Virus record (IMG/VR): IMGVR_UViG_3300021354_000450
Span: 32,001 to 96,000 of that record
From: a virus
Reading direction: 5' to 3' (one strand)
Length of the DNA stretch: 64,000 nucleotides
Shown here: one piece after another, positions 1 to 8,083 of the stretch
How the letters are laid out: the number at the start of each line of letters is the position of its first letter
How positions within the stretch are numbered: position 1 is the stretch's first letter
Program-made: the position numbers and the translations under genes
The notes under the pieces: model-generated
What the model was told of the DNA's origin: nothing
What the model saw: only the letters and a program-made list of their open reading frames with translations
Databases searched by the model: none

Positions 1-53
1 TTATCCGTTACTTAACGCAATACGTGAAAACATTGAAGAATATACTTTAATGA

Positions 54-308
54 ATGAACAAGAAAGATTATCTTGGATTCAAAATTATTTTGAAAAAGGT
101 TAGTATGACTGAATTAGAAATAGCAACTGAGAAAGTAAGATTAATATACAAAGCAATTGATTCAGTTAAAGATTGTGCTAAACAAGCTCAACAAATTAGT
201 CACGATAAACATATTGAAGAACATTATACTACTGCACTTTATCATTTAGATATTTGTCGTACTAGAACAGAAATATTATTAACTAGAATTAAATTGATTG
301 GAAAGTAA
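54..308 (+). CDS. hypothetical phage protein
   Basis: ORF in a tightly packed co-directional gene run; true start may be the ATG at 105. Confidence 0.6.
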   Translation: MNKKDYLGFKIILKKVSMTELEIATEKVRLIYKAIDSVKDCAKQAQQISHDKHIEEHYTTALYHLDICRTRTEILLTRIKLIGK

Positions 309-690
309 TATGTCATATGAAGAACAAGAAAAGTTAAATCAAGAAGCACTAGAATCTCCCAAAGCTGGTGATTATTGGCAAGAAATGTTTTGTCCGTATT
401 TTATTGTTGTTAGAGTTAACGGTGACGAAATAACAGTAATTGATCAAAAATTAAAAGTTGATGAAAACTATTGGACTTGGGATTTATCTGCACATAAGAT
501 TGTAAGTCGTAGTTGGGTTAAATCACAAGTAAATTATAATCAAGGTAAATCCGATAAATTTGTTGCTGATGTAGTTCGTAATGATAAACATCGACAGTTT
601 GCTGAAGAATGGCGAGTTCATGAAGTAACACGGTTAAGAAAAGAGTGGGAAGAATTATCAGGTTGGACTTTACTTAAGGAAGAAGCTTAA
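298..690 (+). CDS. hypothetical phage protein
   Basis: 130-aa ORF whose stop overlaps the next start (TAATG). Confidence 0.7.
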   Translation: MESNMSYEEQEKLNQEALESPKAGDYWQEMFCPYFIVVRVNGDEITVIDQKLKVDENYWTWDLSAHKIVSRSWVKSQVNYNQGKSDKFVADVVRNDKHRQFAEEWRVHEVTRLRKEWEELSGWTLLKEEA

Positions 691-1154
691 TGCCAAAAGT
701 TTATATATTAGTAGGTATTCCCGGAAGTGGAAAATCAACATGGGTGGAAGGACAACAGTGGGCAAAGAAGTGTGCTTATATATCTACAGATAAACATATT
801 ACAGAATATGCAAAATCTCAAGGAAAAACATATTCGGAAGTATTTGACGAATATATGCCCGAAGCAATTAATTTAATGACTGCAGAAGTTGTTAAAGCAC
901 GTAAAGCAGGAAAAGATATAATTTGGGATCAAACTAGCACAACTGTAAAAAGTCGTGCTAGAAAATTTAAAATGTTGCCTGATTATTATGCGATTGCAGT
1001 TGTATTTAAAACACCAGATCGAGAAGAATTAAATATTAGATTAAAAAGTCGTCCTGATAAGATTATTCCTCAACGTGTTATTATTCAAATGATAGAAGAT
1101 TGGCAAAATCCAACAACTGAAGAAGGATTTAAAGAAATTTGGTTTGGTTCATGA
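690..1154 (+). CDS. P-loop kinase, AAA_33 / polynucleotide-kinase-like
   Basis: Walker A GIPGSGKST, ISTD, IIWDQT, R-x-x-x-R lid, C-terminal PTTEEGF. Confidence 0.85.
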   Translation: MPKVYILVGIPGSGKSTWVEGQQWAKKCAYISTDKHITEYAKSQGKTYSEVFDEYMPEAINLMTAEVVKARKAGKDIIWDQTSTTVKSRARKFKMLPDYYAIAVVFKTPDREELNIRLKSRPDKIIPQRVIIQMIEDWQNPTTEEGFKEIWFGS

Positions 1155-1375
1155 TCGAACATTACGATAAATTTAAAAGATTAATTAAAGTAGGTGATTG
1201 TATTGCATTTGCAAATCACAATACAATAGAATGTGGAATAGTTAAAAAACTTACCGCTAAAATGGTAAGATTTAGTTTAATTGGACGAACTTCATTACAT
1301 TATAGATATCCAAATGATATGATAGTAATAGATGGTCCTGAAATTACAATGTATATACTTAAACAAAAAACATGA
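1151..1375 (+). CDS. hypothetical protein
   Basis: ATGA overlap with the kinase stop; ORF track start 1139. Confidence 0.6.
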   Translation: MIEHYDKFKRLIKVGDCIAFANHNTIECGIVKKLTAKMVRFSLIGRTSLHYRYPNDMIVIDGPEITMYILKQKT

Positions 1376-1530
1376 CAAGATTAGATAAAGTAGCAGTAAT
1401 AATTTTTGGGTTAGTAGCAATAACTTTGTTTATTGGAATTGGTGTAGAACAATACATGTTATATTCATGTAAACAAACAGCCATTAAACAACATTTTTCA
1501 ATAATTGCAATACAGGAAATCTGTAAATGA
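1372..1530 (+). CDS. small membrane protein (52 aa, not in ORF track)
   Basis: Hand-translated MTRLDKVAVIIFGLVAITLFIGIGVEQ...; ATGA coupling; one hydrophobic helix. Confidence 0.6.
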   Translation: MTRLDKVAVIIFGLVAITLFIGIGVEQYMLYSCKQTAIKQHFSIIAIQEICK

Positions 1531-1615
1531 AAAAATATTTAATTATAGCGGCAATCTTATGTATTCTTTTAATATTACCGTTTTGTGCAGTTACTGGTTT
1601 CCCACAATAAAAAGG

Positions 1616-1644
1616 TTGACATAAAATTTTAAAGACTATATAAT
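1616..1644 (+). promoter_or_regulatory. sigma70-type promoter of the tRNA island
   Basis: TTGACA-17 nt-TATAAT, perfect consensus. Confidence 0.85.
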
Positions 1645-1674
1645 ATACACTTAAATAGTTAGAAAATAAATTTT

Positions 1675-1749
1675 GCGGATGTAACTCAGTGGTAGAGTTT
1701 TTGACTTCCAATCAAGATGTCGTGGGTTCAAATCCCATCGTCCGCTCCA
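1675..1749 (+). tRNA. tRNA-Gly(TCC)
   Basis: Cloverleaf: acceptor GCGGATG/CGTCCGC, anticodon loop CTTCCAA, GGTTCAAATCC T arm, encoded CCA. Confidence 0.93.
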
Positions 1750-1755
1750 AACAAT

Positions 1756-1831
1756 TGCGGGGTATATCAGAGGCAGATGGCCGGGCTCATAACCCGGAGG
1801 TCGTTGGTTCGAGTCCAACCCACCGCTACCA
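1756..1831 (+). tRNA. initiator tRNA-fMet(CAT)
   Basis: Anticodon arm CCGGG-CTCATAA-CCCGG with three G-C pairs, unpaired 1:72, TTCGAGT T loop, CCA end; one bulged A in the acceptor stem. Confidence 0.88.
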
Positions 1832-1835
1832 AAAA

Positions 1836-2030
1836 CCCGCTTACACTTTAGCGTATAAAAAGTGAGGCAAGACTAGGCCAGATTAGTCGGGTGCATGTGA
1901 TCTACCTTTTAGACCTTTTATAAAGGAAACTATAGAAATCATAGGACGGAATTAGAACCGTCCAAAGAAAAATACTAACGGACAGGGCAACACCTCAGTT
2001 TAGGGCTCGTGTGGTGCGTGTAGCTAAACC
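1836..2030 (+). ncRNA. candidate structured ncRNA 1 (multi-hairpin)
   Basis: No credible ORF, GC above background; stems CCCG/CGGG, CACTTT/AAAGTG, GACTAG/TTAGTC, TGTGAT/ATCATA, GGACGG/CCGTCC, GTTTAG/CTAAAC. Confidence 0.6.
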
Positions 2031-2042
2031 CTTTAAGGTTTT

Positions 2043-2066
2043 GAAAACTAGTTTAATCTAGTTTTC
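2043..2066 (+). other. perfect 9-bp hairpin between the two structured elements
   Basis: GAAAACTAG-TTTAAT-CTAGTTTTC. Confidence 0.6.
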
Positions 2067-2293
2067 CAGTAAAGTAACAGAGATGAAAGATAGCTCCAAT
2101 ATAAGATCTTAACAATCTTATGCCATGGCTAATCGTAACTTAGTGCTCTGGGATTAAATGCAGTGAAATGCGATGTCTATTGTCCCCAGTAATAATAAGT
2201 TCTCTGTTTTTTGTTTGTTGAATGCGGCTAATTAAAATAGCCCTGTTGTTTTTTGCATATTGTCCTGCTATCAACTTTCTGTTATTTTTACTG
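2067..2293 (+). ncRNA. candidate structured ncRNA 2 (ends paired into a long closing stem, UG-rich interior)
   Basis: CAGTAAA/TTTACTG, GTAACAGAGA/TTTCTGTTAT, GATAGC/GCTATC, CAATAT/ATATTG, plus internal hairpins. Confidence 0.6.
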
Positions 2294-2323
2294 TTTTTAT
2301 TTTTTTGTTTAGGAGACACACAT

Positions 2324-2890
2324 ATGAAAATTACATTACGAAAAGCAAATGCTTTACAGCAAAACATACAAGACGCAATTCGTCAAATTGATGTTGTAGT
2401 TAAAGTAGATCTTAACGAATTTGAAGATCCAGAAACGCTTTTAATACGAGCAAATGAACAACTCATTAAAAATGATAAACGCAGATTTGAGTTAACACAA
2501 GCATTGTATGATATCCGTACTTTAATTGGGCAAGCAAACGATCAAGTTGGAATTAATGTTCGCTTATCAAAAGCAGCTTTTATTGATAAAAGAATTTCAC
2601 AACTTTCTAATTTAATTCTACCTGTAGCTTTACAAGAAAGTCAAGTTGTTATTACAGGTAAACTTCAAAAGTTAAAAGATCAAGATAATCGAAGTTATGG
2701 ATTTGGTAGTAATTCAGTTACAACTGGTGTTTTAACTCAAGATCAAATTGATAATTTTAAATCTCATCAACTGTCTTTAAAAAAGGATAAACAAAAATTA
2801 AATGATGAAATTCTTGAACTTAATGTTCGAACTGAAATTTCATTAAGTAATGAAATTGAAGAAATTTTATTAGTTGAAAATTTATTATAA
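2324..2890 (+). CDS. long coiled-coil protein, DIP1984-like
   Basis: SD AGGAG then ATG at 2324 (not 2222); helical heptads, IGQAN mid motif and C-terminal ILELNVRTEI resemble DIP1984-family proteins. Confidence 0.6.
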   Translation: MKITLRKANALQQNIQDAIRQIDVVVKVDLNEFEDPETLLIRANEQLIKNDKRRFELTQALYDIRTLIGQANDQVGINVRLSKAAFIDKRISQLSNLILPVALQESQVVITGKLQKLKDQDNRSYGFGSNSVTTGVLTQDQIDNFKSHQLSLKKDKQKLNDEILELNVRTEISLSNEIEEILLVENLL

Positions 2891-2933
2891 TTCAAAATAA
2901 TTCTTACAGTCATGTAAATATGTAAATAGATAT

Positions 2934-3036
2934 GTGACTGTAAGCAAATCAGGCAAAGCTCTTAACTCAAATGGTTAAGGAACAGGCAACGTTATAAACA
3001 ACGCCTTTGTAGGTTCAACTCCTACCAGTCATACCA
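2934..3036 (+). tRNA. atypical class II tRNA, probably tRNA-Leu(CAA)
   Basis: Acceptor GTGACTG/CAGTCAT, discriminator A plus CCA, Leu-type D loop GGCAAAGC, GTAGG-TTCAACT-CCTAC T arm, long variable arm; anticodon loop non-canonical. Confidence 0.7.
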
Positions 3037-3068
3037 AAAATTCCCCTTATAATTATTTTTAAAATCAA

Positions 3069-3097
3069 TTGACATAGTAATAGATTTATGGTATAAT
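3069..3097 (+). promoter_or_regulatory. sigma70-type promoter
   Basis: TTGACA-17-TATAAT. Confidence 0.85.
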
Positions 3098-3102
3098 ACA
3101 TT

Positions 3103-3270
3103 ATGAATACAGATTTTTCTAATACACAAACAGTTGTCATTGTAGAACCAAATTTTGCAATTGAGACCGTTTTAGACGATAAATTAGACTATACAGGTGC
3201 AAAACTGTTATCACATAGTCAAAAAAAGCTCATTTCAACATTAAAGGAAAAAAATGAAAAACAAAGGTAA
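3103..3270 (+). CDS. small hypothetical protein (55 aa, possibly leaderless)
   Basis: ATG 5 nt after the -10 box; hand-translated MNTDFSNTQTVVIVEPNF... Confidence 0.45.
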   Translation: MNTDFSNTQTVVIVEPNFAIETVLDDKLDYTGAKLLSHSQKKLISTLKEKNEKQR

Positions 3271-3991
3271 ACTTCAAATTCCAATTCGTACTACACCACC
3301 TCAACCAAAATTAAACATTCCACAACAACCGCAAAGTCAACCAGTTCCTGCTCCTGCAACTGGTAAAACACCAAGTGTTATGATTTTAGTTCCAGCAATG
3401 GAAATGGTAAATGCAGAATTTGCACAACATCTAGCTATGGCGTGTGCGAATTTAGTTGCAAATGGTATTAAAATTAACTGCGCATTTAACATTGGTTCTG
3501 TTATAACTATTGCAAGACGAAATTTAACTGATATTTTTATGAACAGTGATTTTGATTATGCATGGTGGATTGATTCAGATATGAAATTTCCAATTGATAC
3601 TCCGATGAGATTATTACAAAGAGGAGTTCCATTAGTTGGTGCAAATTATCGTAGACGTCGTTTTCCAAATCCAGGATTTACTGGAATGAAGGGACAACCT
3701 GGAAATTTTACAGAATTGGTAACTGATGATAATAGTCCAGCAATGGAAGATGTTGATGTTTTACCACATGGTTGTGTAATGGTACACCGTTCAGTTTATG
3801 AGAAAACTCCTCAACCGCATTACTTACAAGATTTTGTTAAAGATTTAAACCTTGAAATTGGTGAAGATATTTACTTTTGTCGTAAAGCAAGAGATTCGGG
3901 ATTTCAAGTTTGGTGTGATCACGAATTAAGTAGAGAAATATCACACATTGGTATTTTTCATTTTAATTACAATCTTTCTGTTCCTCAGTAA
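3254..3991 (+). CDS. GT-A fold (GT2-like) glycosyltransferase
   Basis: ARRNL, WWIDSDM (DxD), GCVMVHRSV, GEDIYFC, HIG motifs; Pro/Gln-rich N-terminus. Confidence 0.8.
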   Translation: MKNKGKLQIPIRTTPPQPKLNIPQQPQSQPVPAPATGKTPSVMILVPAMEMVNAEFAQHLAMACANLVANGIKINCAFNIGSVITIARRNLTDIFMNSDFDYAWWIDSDMKFPIDTPMRLLQRGVPLVGANYRRRRFPNPGFTGMKGQPGNFTELVTDDNSPAMEDVDVLPHGCVMVHRSVYEKTPQPHYLQDFVKDLNLEIGEDIYFCRKARDSGFQVWCDHELSREISHIGIFHFNYNLSVPQ

Positions 3992-4009
3992 TTTAAACAA
4001 GGTATCGTA

Positions 4010-4174
4010 ATGAATTTTGAATCAGTAGAAGTACGCAAAGTTAAAAATGGTGTTGTAGTTGCATTACGCACCGAAGATGAAGATTCAGAGTATGTTTTTG
4101 ATACAAATCGTAAAGCTTTACGATTTGTTAAAGACTTACTTGATGGAAAACATAAAGTTGAAGATTTTGAATAA
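4010..4174 (+). CDS. small hypothetical protein (54 aa)
   Basis: Hand-translated MNFESVEVRKVKNGVVVALR...; SD AAGG. Confidence 0.65.
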   Translation: MNFESVEVRKVKNGVVVALRTEDEDSEYVFDTNRKALRFVKDLLDGKHKVEDFE

Positions 4175-4219
4175 TTAATCTTTTTGTTTATTTTACTGAT
4201 TTAATTTTAGGATTTAAAA

Positions 4220-4459
4220 ATGGCAGATGTAATAACTTATAACGATACATGTAAGATACGAATGAGTCAAAAATCAAGAGAATCGGATGCAGTAGTAACT
4301 GGTTTTAAAGAACATGATTACTTACATGTTATTGTTAATAAGTCTGTTAAAATTAGTTTAAAATGGAATGGCTCAGCATATGAAGGTCGTTCAGCAGGTA
4401 TGGACTTTGAAAGTGATGGTCCAACAATATCAAAAATAGTAACAGGATCGAGAAGATGA
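4220..4459 (+). CDS. hypothetical protein
   Basis: ORF with SD, coupled to the next gene. Confidence 0.7.
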   Translation: MADVITYNDTCKIRMSQKSRESDAVVTGFKEHDYLHVIVNKSVKISLKWNGSAYEGRSAGMDFESDGPTISKIVTGSRR

Positions 4460-4695
4460 CAAAGAAGAAAATTGAAATAAAAGTTGAATTCATTCCTGGA
4501 TGTTTTGATGACTTTGAAGGTACTCCGGAAGAATTAGAAAATTTAATTGCTGAAATTAATCGTATGGCTCAAAGCGGTGAACTTCAAAAAAAAGCTCGTC
4601 CTATTGACATGAGAGATCCAGATCAGTTTGATATTGAAGTAATGACTCGTTTGATCAATCATGAACTTCAAGAAACTCAAAAGAAATTTGAGTAA
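4456..4695 (+). CDS. hypothetical protein
   Basis: ATGA overlap. Confidence 0.7.
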   Translation: MTKKKIEIKVEFIPGCFDDFEGTPEELENLIAEINRMAQSGELQKKARPIDMRDPDQFDIEVMTRLINHELQETQKKFE

Positions 4696-4862
4696 TGCAT
4701 AGTTTAACAGAGCTTAAAAAACTCTTAGAACAAAAGTTTGAAATAATAAAATTTGATGGCATGTATATGTATACAATACATGGAAAATGGAGCATGACAT
4801 TAGATGAATATCGATTAAATGGTTTTGTTATTTCACGTGAAGATATTAAAAAATTACTATAA
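4695..4862 (+). CDS. small hypothetical protein (55 aa)
   Basis: TAATG coupling; hand-translated MHSLTELKKLLEQKF... Confidence 0.55.
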   Translation: MHSLTELKKLLEQKFEIIKFDGMYMYTIHGKWSMTLDEYRLNGFVISREDIKKLL

Positions 4863-4879
4863 ATTTAATTAGAGGAATA

Positions 4880-5677
4880 ATGGCTTATCACATCAATTAT
4901 TGGTCATGCTCAACGTTTGCAGACTGTCTTAGAGGTACAAAAAAACTTAGTTATGGAACTTCTGAAGAATGGGAAAAATGGAGAATCTCTGCAAAAATTT
5001 CACATCCATTTAGATATTGGATTTCTGAAACAGGATTAGACAAATTACAAGATTTTGTAACATGGCCTGTAAGAACAATTTATGGTATTAAATATTATAT
5101 TATAAATCGTTGGTTTATACAAACTCATAATCTAACTGCAAGTTCAAAACATTTACCACGTGGTAAATGGCGTGATGTCGGTGATCGTTTTCTTCCTTGT
5201 TTGTTTAACGAATTAGTTGATTTTGTTGAAATTGAATTAGCTTCACATGAAATTGCATGGAATAAAAAGTTTAATAAAAAATATAAAGTTTCTTTTTGGT
5301 CAAACAGATGTAAACAGGCAGGATTAGATAGTTTAGAATGGCAACGTAAACTTGTTTGGGATGAAGATAAAGAAACGGGAAAACTTTCACCACAAGCTGT
5401 TGATGCACAAGAAATATTTGATCTTTATACATGGTGGACTGAAAATTATCCACGTCGACCTGATCCTATGGAAGAAAGTGGGTGGAGTGATTACTGTGAT
5501 AAGATGAGAAAAAAATACGGTGAGAATCTTTCATGGTTTAATAAAAATACACCTGAAGAAAAAATTATCTCAGATAATGCAACCAAACTTATGCATATTA
5601 TAGAAGATGATTACAGACAAGAAGATGAAGATATGTTAATTCGATTGATTCGTATTAGAGAAAGACTTTGGACATAA
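4880..5677 (+). CDS. Trp-rich hypothetical phage protein
   Basis: 265-aa ORF, SD GAGG. Confidence 0.8.
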   Translation: MAYHINYWSCSTFADCLRGTKKLSYGTSEEWEKWRISAKISHPFRYWISETGLDKLQDFVTWPVRTIYGIKYYIINRWFIQTHNLTASSKHLPRGKWRDVGDRFLPCLFNELVDFVEIELASHEIAWNKKFNKKYKVSFWSNRCKQAGLDSLEWQRKLVWDEDKETGKLSPQAVDAQEIFDLYTWWTENYPRRPDPMEESGWSDYCDKMRKKYGENLSWFNKNTPEEKIISDNATKLMHIIEDDYRQEDEDMLIRLIRIRERLWT

Positions 5678-5690
5678 CTAGGAAAATAAC

Positions 5691-5876
5691 ATGTTAATAA
5701 AATTATCAAAAGTAAATGATTCTTTTACCATTAATCGATACGATAATGGTTGGATGGTTGAAATCGGCGGGCGAGATAAAAGTGGTGAATGGGCAACTAC
5801 TAAACTATTGTGTAACACAGAAAACGACTTAATTGAAATAATTAAAGAATACAACCAAACACCTATTGATTCGTAA
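5691..5876 (+). CDS. hypothetical protein
   Basis: SD AGGA, co-directional. Confidence 0.7.
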   Translation: MLIKLSKVNDSFTINRYDNGWMVEIGGRDKSGEWATTKLLCNTENDLIEIIKEYNQTPIDS

Positions 5877-5879
5877 ATT

Positions 5880-6407
5880 ATGACAGAAATAAGTAAAAGT
5901 GAAAAAATAAACACCTTCCTTAAAGAATCATTTATTAAACGTGCAGAAGAAGCAGGACAACAACCTGCTAGTGAATATATCGAAATGTGGGATGATTGGG
6001 ATTCACTTCTAAATGAAAAAGAAAATGATCCTAAATGGAAAGAAAATAACTTAGAACATGATCTGCGAAGCACAAATTGGATTTTAGAAAAAGTTCGTGC
6101 TAGTGAAGGTTATGCTCAAAATCTTTATGCGGCAATGTGTAATATGCGTTTTTGCAAATTATCAAAAGACAATACATTTAATATCCTAAAAGATGAATTA
6201 TGGTCTTGCAGTTGGAGAAGTTCAGGCGGTATTATTGCTAATATGCGTCAAGAAGGCGATTATATTGATTGGTATTGTAGCGGAATGGGCGAAAAAACAG
6301 AAGGTGATATGTCAGTTTCAGAAGGAATTATAACTGACGAAATTAAGGAAGATCTTTTAAAACTTGGATGGATGCCAGTTCCTTGGCCGGAAGATAATTT
6401 AATTTAA
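5880..6407 (+). CDS. hypothetical phage protein
   Basis: 175-aa ORF with YAQNLYAAMCN...GDYIDWYCSG block. Confidence 0.8.
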   Translation: MTEISKSEKINTFLKESFIKRAEEAGQQPASEYIEMWDDWDSLLNEKENDPKWKENNLEHDLRSTNWILEKVRASEGYAQNLYAAMCNMRFCKLSKDNTFNILKDELWSCSWRSSGGIIANMRQEGDYIDWYCSGMGEKTEGDMSVSEGIITDEIKEDLLKLGWMPVPWPEDNLI

Positions 6408-6409
6408 GG

Positions 6410-6438
6410 TTGACAAAACCATCAAGTGACTGTATAAT
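6410..6438 (+). promoter_or_regulatory. sigma70-type promoter
   Basis: TTGACA-17-TATAAT with extended TG. Confidence 0.85.
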
Positions 6439-6468
6439 AACTACATACACTAAAAGAAAGGAGTTAAT

Positions 6469-7668
6469 ATGGCAGTTTTAAAAGCAAAAGCAAAAAAATC
6501 CCCTGCAAAACGCATCACAAGTCAAACTATCCGTGAAAACAGAACAAAAGATAACAGTCCAAAATGGGATGATATAGAAAATCTTTCTGAATTTGACTTT
6601 AACAAAAAGTTTCGAGATGCAATGGACTGGTATCGTTTAGACTGTCCTGATAAATCATTAAAACCAAAAGTTATCGAATGGATGGAAAAAGTTGAATACG
6701 AAAAATCAACAATTCAAACATTTAAAGAAACAAAAGACAACCGTTGCAGTCAAACAATTGGTGCTGTTGCGGCATGTTTATTAAAAGGTATGCCAGCACA
6801 ACGTCAAGGATTTAATCAAGGACGAAATTCAGAAGATTGGCTGAAAGAAAAAATTGAAGAAATTATCAAAGACGGAAAAAATGATATTAATGATTCTGAA
6901 GAAGAAACTACAAAAAAGAAAATTGATGCTCCGGTTGTAACAATTCAAGATCGTGTACGTGAATCAGCATGTCAAATGACTGAAGACATTGAAAATGTTA
7001 TCGATCAATGGATCATTGATAAAGAAAAGTTTGATCCAAAAGCATTTAAGATTGCAGGTTTATTACGTGGCAAAAGTGTTAAAGCTGCTCATGCACGTAT
7101 TATTAAAGGGTTTTATGAAACTTCACTTGCGGAATTTACAGAAGTTTTAACTAAAGAATGTGAAGAACAACTTGCTGAAGCATATAATCATGTGAGTAAG
7201 AAAAATCTCAAAAAGATGCATGATTTTTTAATTAGTTTAATGGCAGCTTGTGACCAAATTATTGACGAAGCAAAATTAACTAAAAAGAAAAAAGTTGTTC
7301 CTGCAGATAAACTTGTTGCTAAACTTAAATTTAAAGTAACAGATGATAAGTTAAATGTTGCTTCAGTACCTCCTGTACAACTTATCGGTGCTCAGGCTTG
7401 TGTAGTTTATAACACAAAAACACGAAAGATCGGGTTTTATTACTCGTCAAATATTTCAGGACTTACTGTTAAAGGTTCAAGTATTTCAAACTTTACAGAA
7501 ATGTCAAAACAAAAGACATTACGTAAACCAGAAATACAATTACGCGATTTTAAAGAACAAAATACACAGAAAAAAGCTGAAACATGGATTAAGAATATTA
7601 AATCAACTGAAATTTTACTTACTGGTCGATTAAACGAAGATACTATGATATTAAAGGTGTTTAAATGA
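6469..7668 (+). CDS. Lys-rich hypothetical phage protein
   Basis: 399-aa ORF, SD AAGGAG, own promoter. Confidence 0.85.
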   Translation: MAVLKAKAKKSPAKRITSQTIRENRTKDNSPKWDDIENLSEFDFNKKFRDAMDWYRLDCPDKSLKPKVIEWMEKVEYEKSTIQTFKETKDNRCSQTIGAVAACLLKGMPAQRQGFNQGRNSEDWLKEKIEEIIKDGKNDINDSEEETTKKKIDAPVVTIQDRVRESACQMTEDIENVIDQWIIDKEKFDPKAFKIAGLLRGKSVKAAHARIIKGFYETSLAEFTEVLTKECEEQLAEAYNHVSKKNLKKMHDFLISLMAACDQIIDEAKLTKKKKVVPADKLVAKLKFKVTDDKLNVASVPPVQLIGAQACVVYNTKTRKIGFYYSSNISGLTVKGSSISNFTEMSKQKTLRKPEIQLRDFKEQNTQKKAETWIKNIKSTEILLTGRLNEDTMILKVFK

Positions 7669-7828
7669 GTTTAAAACAACGATGGATTAACTTTAATAAC
7701 TGGTTAGATCCAAGATGTGGTGTTCATATTTTGTGGTTAATGCCTGTGTTTTACATAATTGTAGTTTTTGAGTTTTTTGAAGAAATTGTTTTTAGATTTG
7801 TAAAACGTAAAACACAAGATAATATTGA

Positions 7829-8083
7829 ATGGTAAAAATGAATAAACAGATTAAAGAGCTTGCAAGACAAGCAGGAATGAAACCACAAGCCGATCTTAAT
7901 AATAAATTTGGATTAGATGAAAATTTAAACCCATTTAATGCTCAAGGGTTTATGTTAGAAGAATTTGCAAATTTAATAGTTCGAGAATGTATCGGAACAA
8001 TATCTAAAAGATATTCTGGACCAATTCCAGATGAAGTTAGACAAGCATTACATAACTTACAAGCTCAGTTTGGAGTAAATTAA
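7829..8083 (+). CDS. hypothetical protein (MNKQIKELARQAG...FANLIVREC type)
   Basis: Typical small phage early ORF. Confidence 0.7.
   Translation: MVKMNKQIKELARQAGMKPQADLNNKFGLDENLNPFNAQGFMLEEFANLIVRECIGTISKRYSGPIPDEVRQALHNLQAQFGVN

Noticed and set aside
2067-2293. Assignment as tmRNA, RNase P RNA, 6S RNA or Y RNA
   Set aside because: No tRNA-like acceptor/T arm or tag ORF, no RNase P P4 consensus, branched rather than rod-like interior, and no Ro60 gene in the window; cannot be fully excluded without cmscan
2222-2323. Hydrophobic N-terminal extension (signal peptide) of ORF 2222..2890
   Set aside because: It is the translation of the U-rich RNA element; a strong SD supports ATG 2324
2934-3036. 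Selenocysteine or opal-suppressor tRNA (TCA in the loop, long variable arm)
   Set aside because: TCA is not preceded by U33, the acceptor stem is 7 bp and the discriminator is A; Leu-type features fit better; genes end normally at TGA
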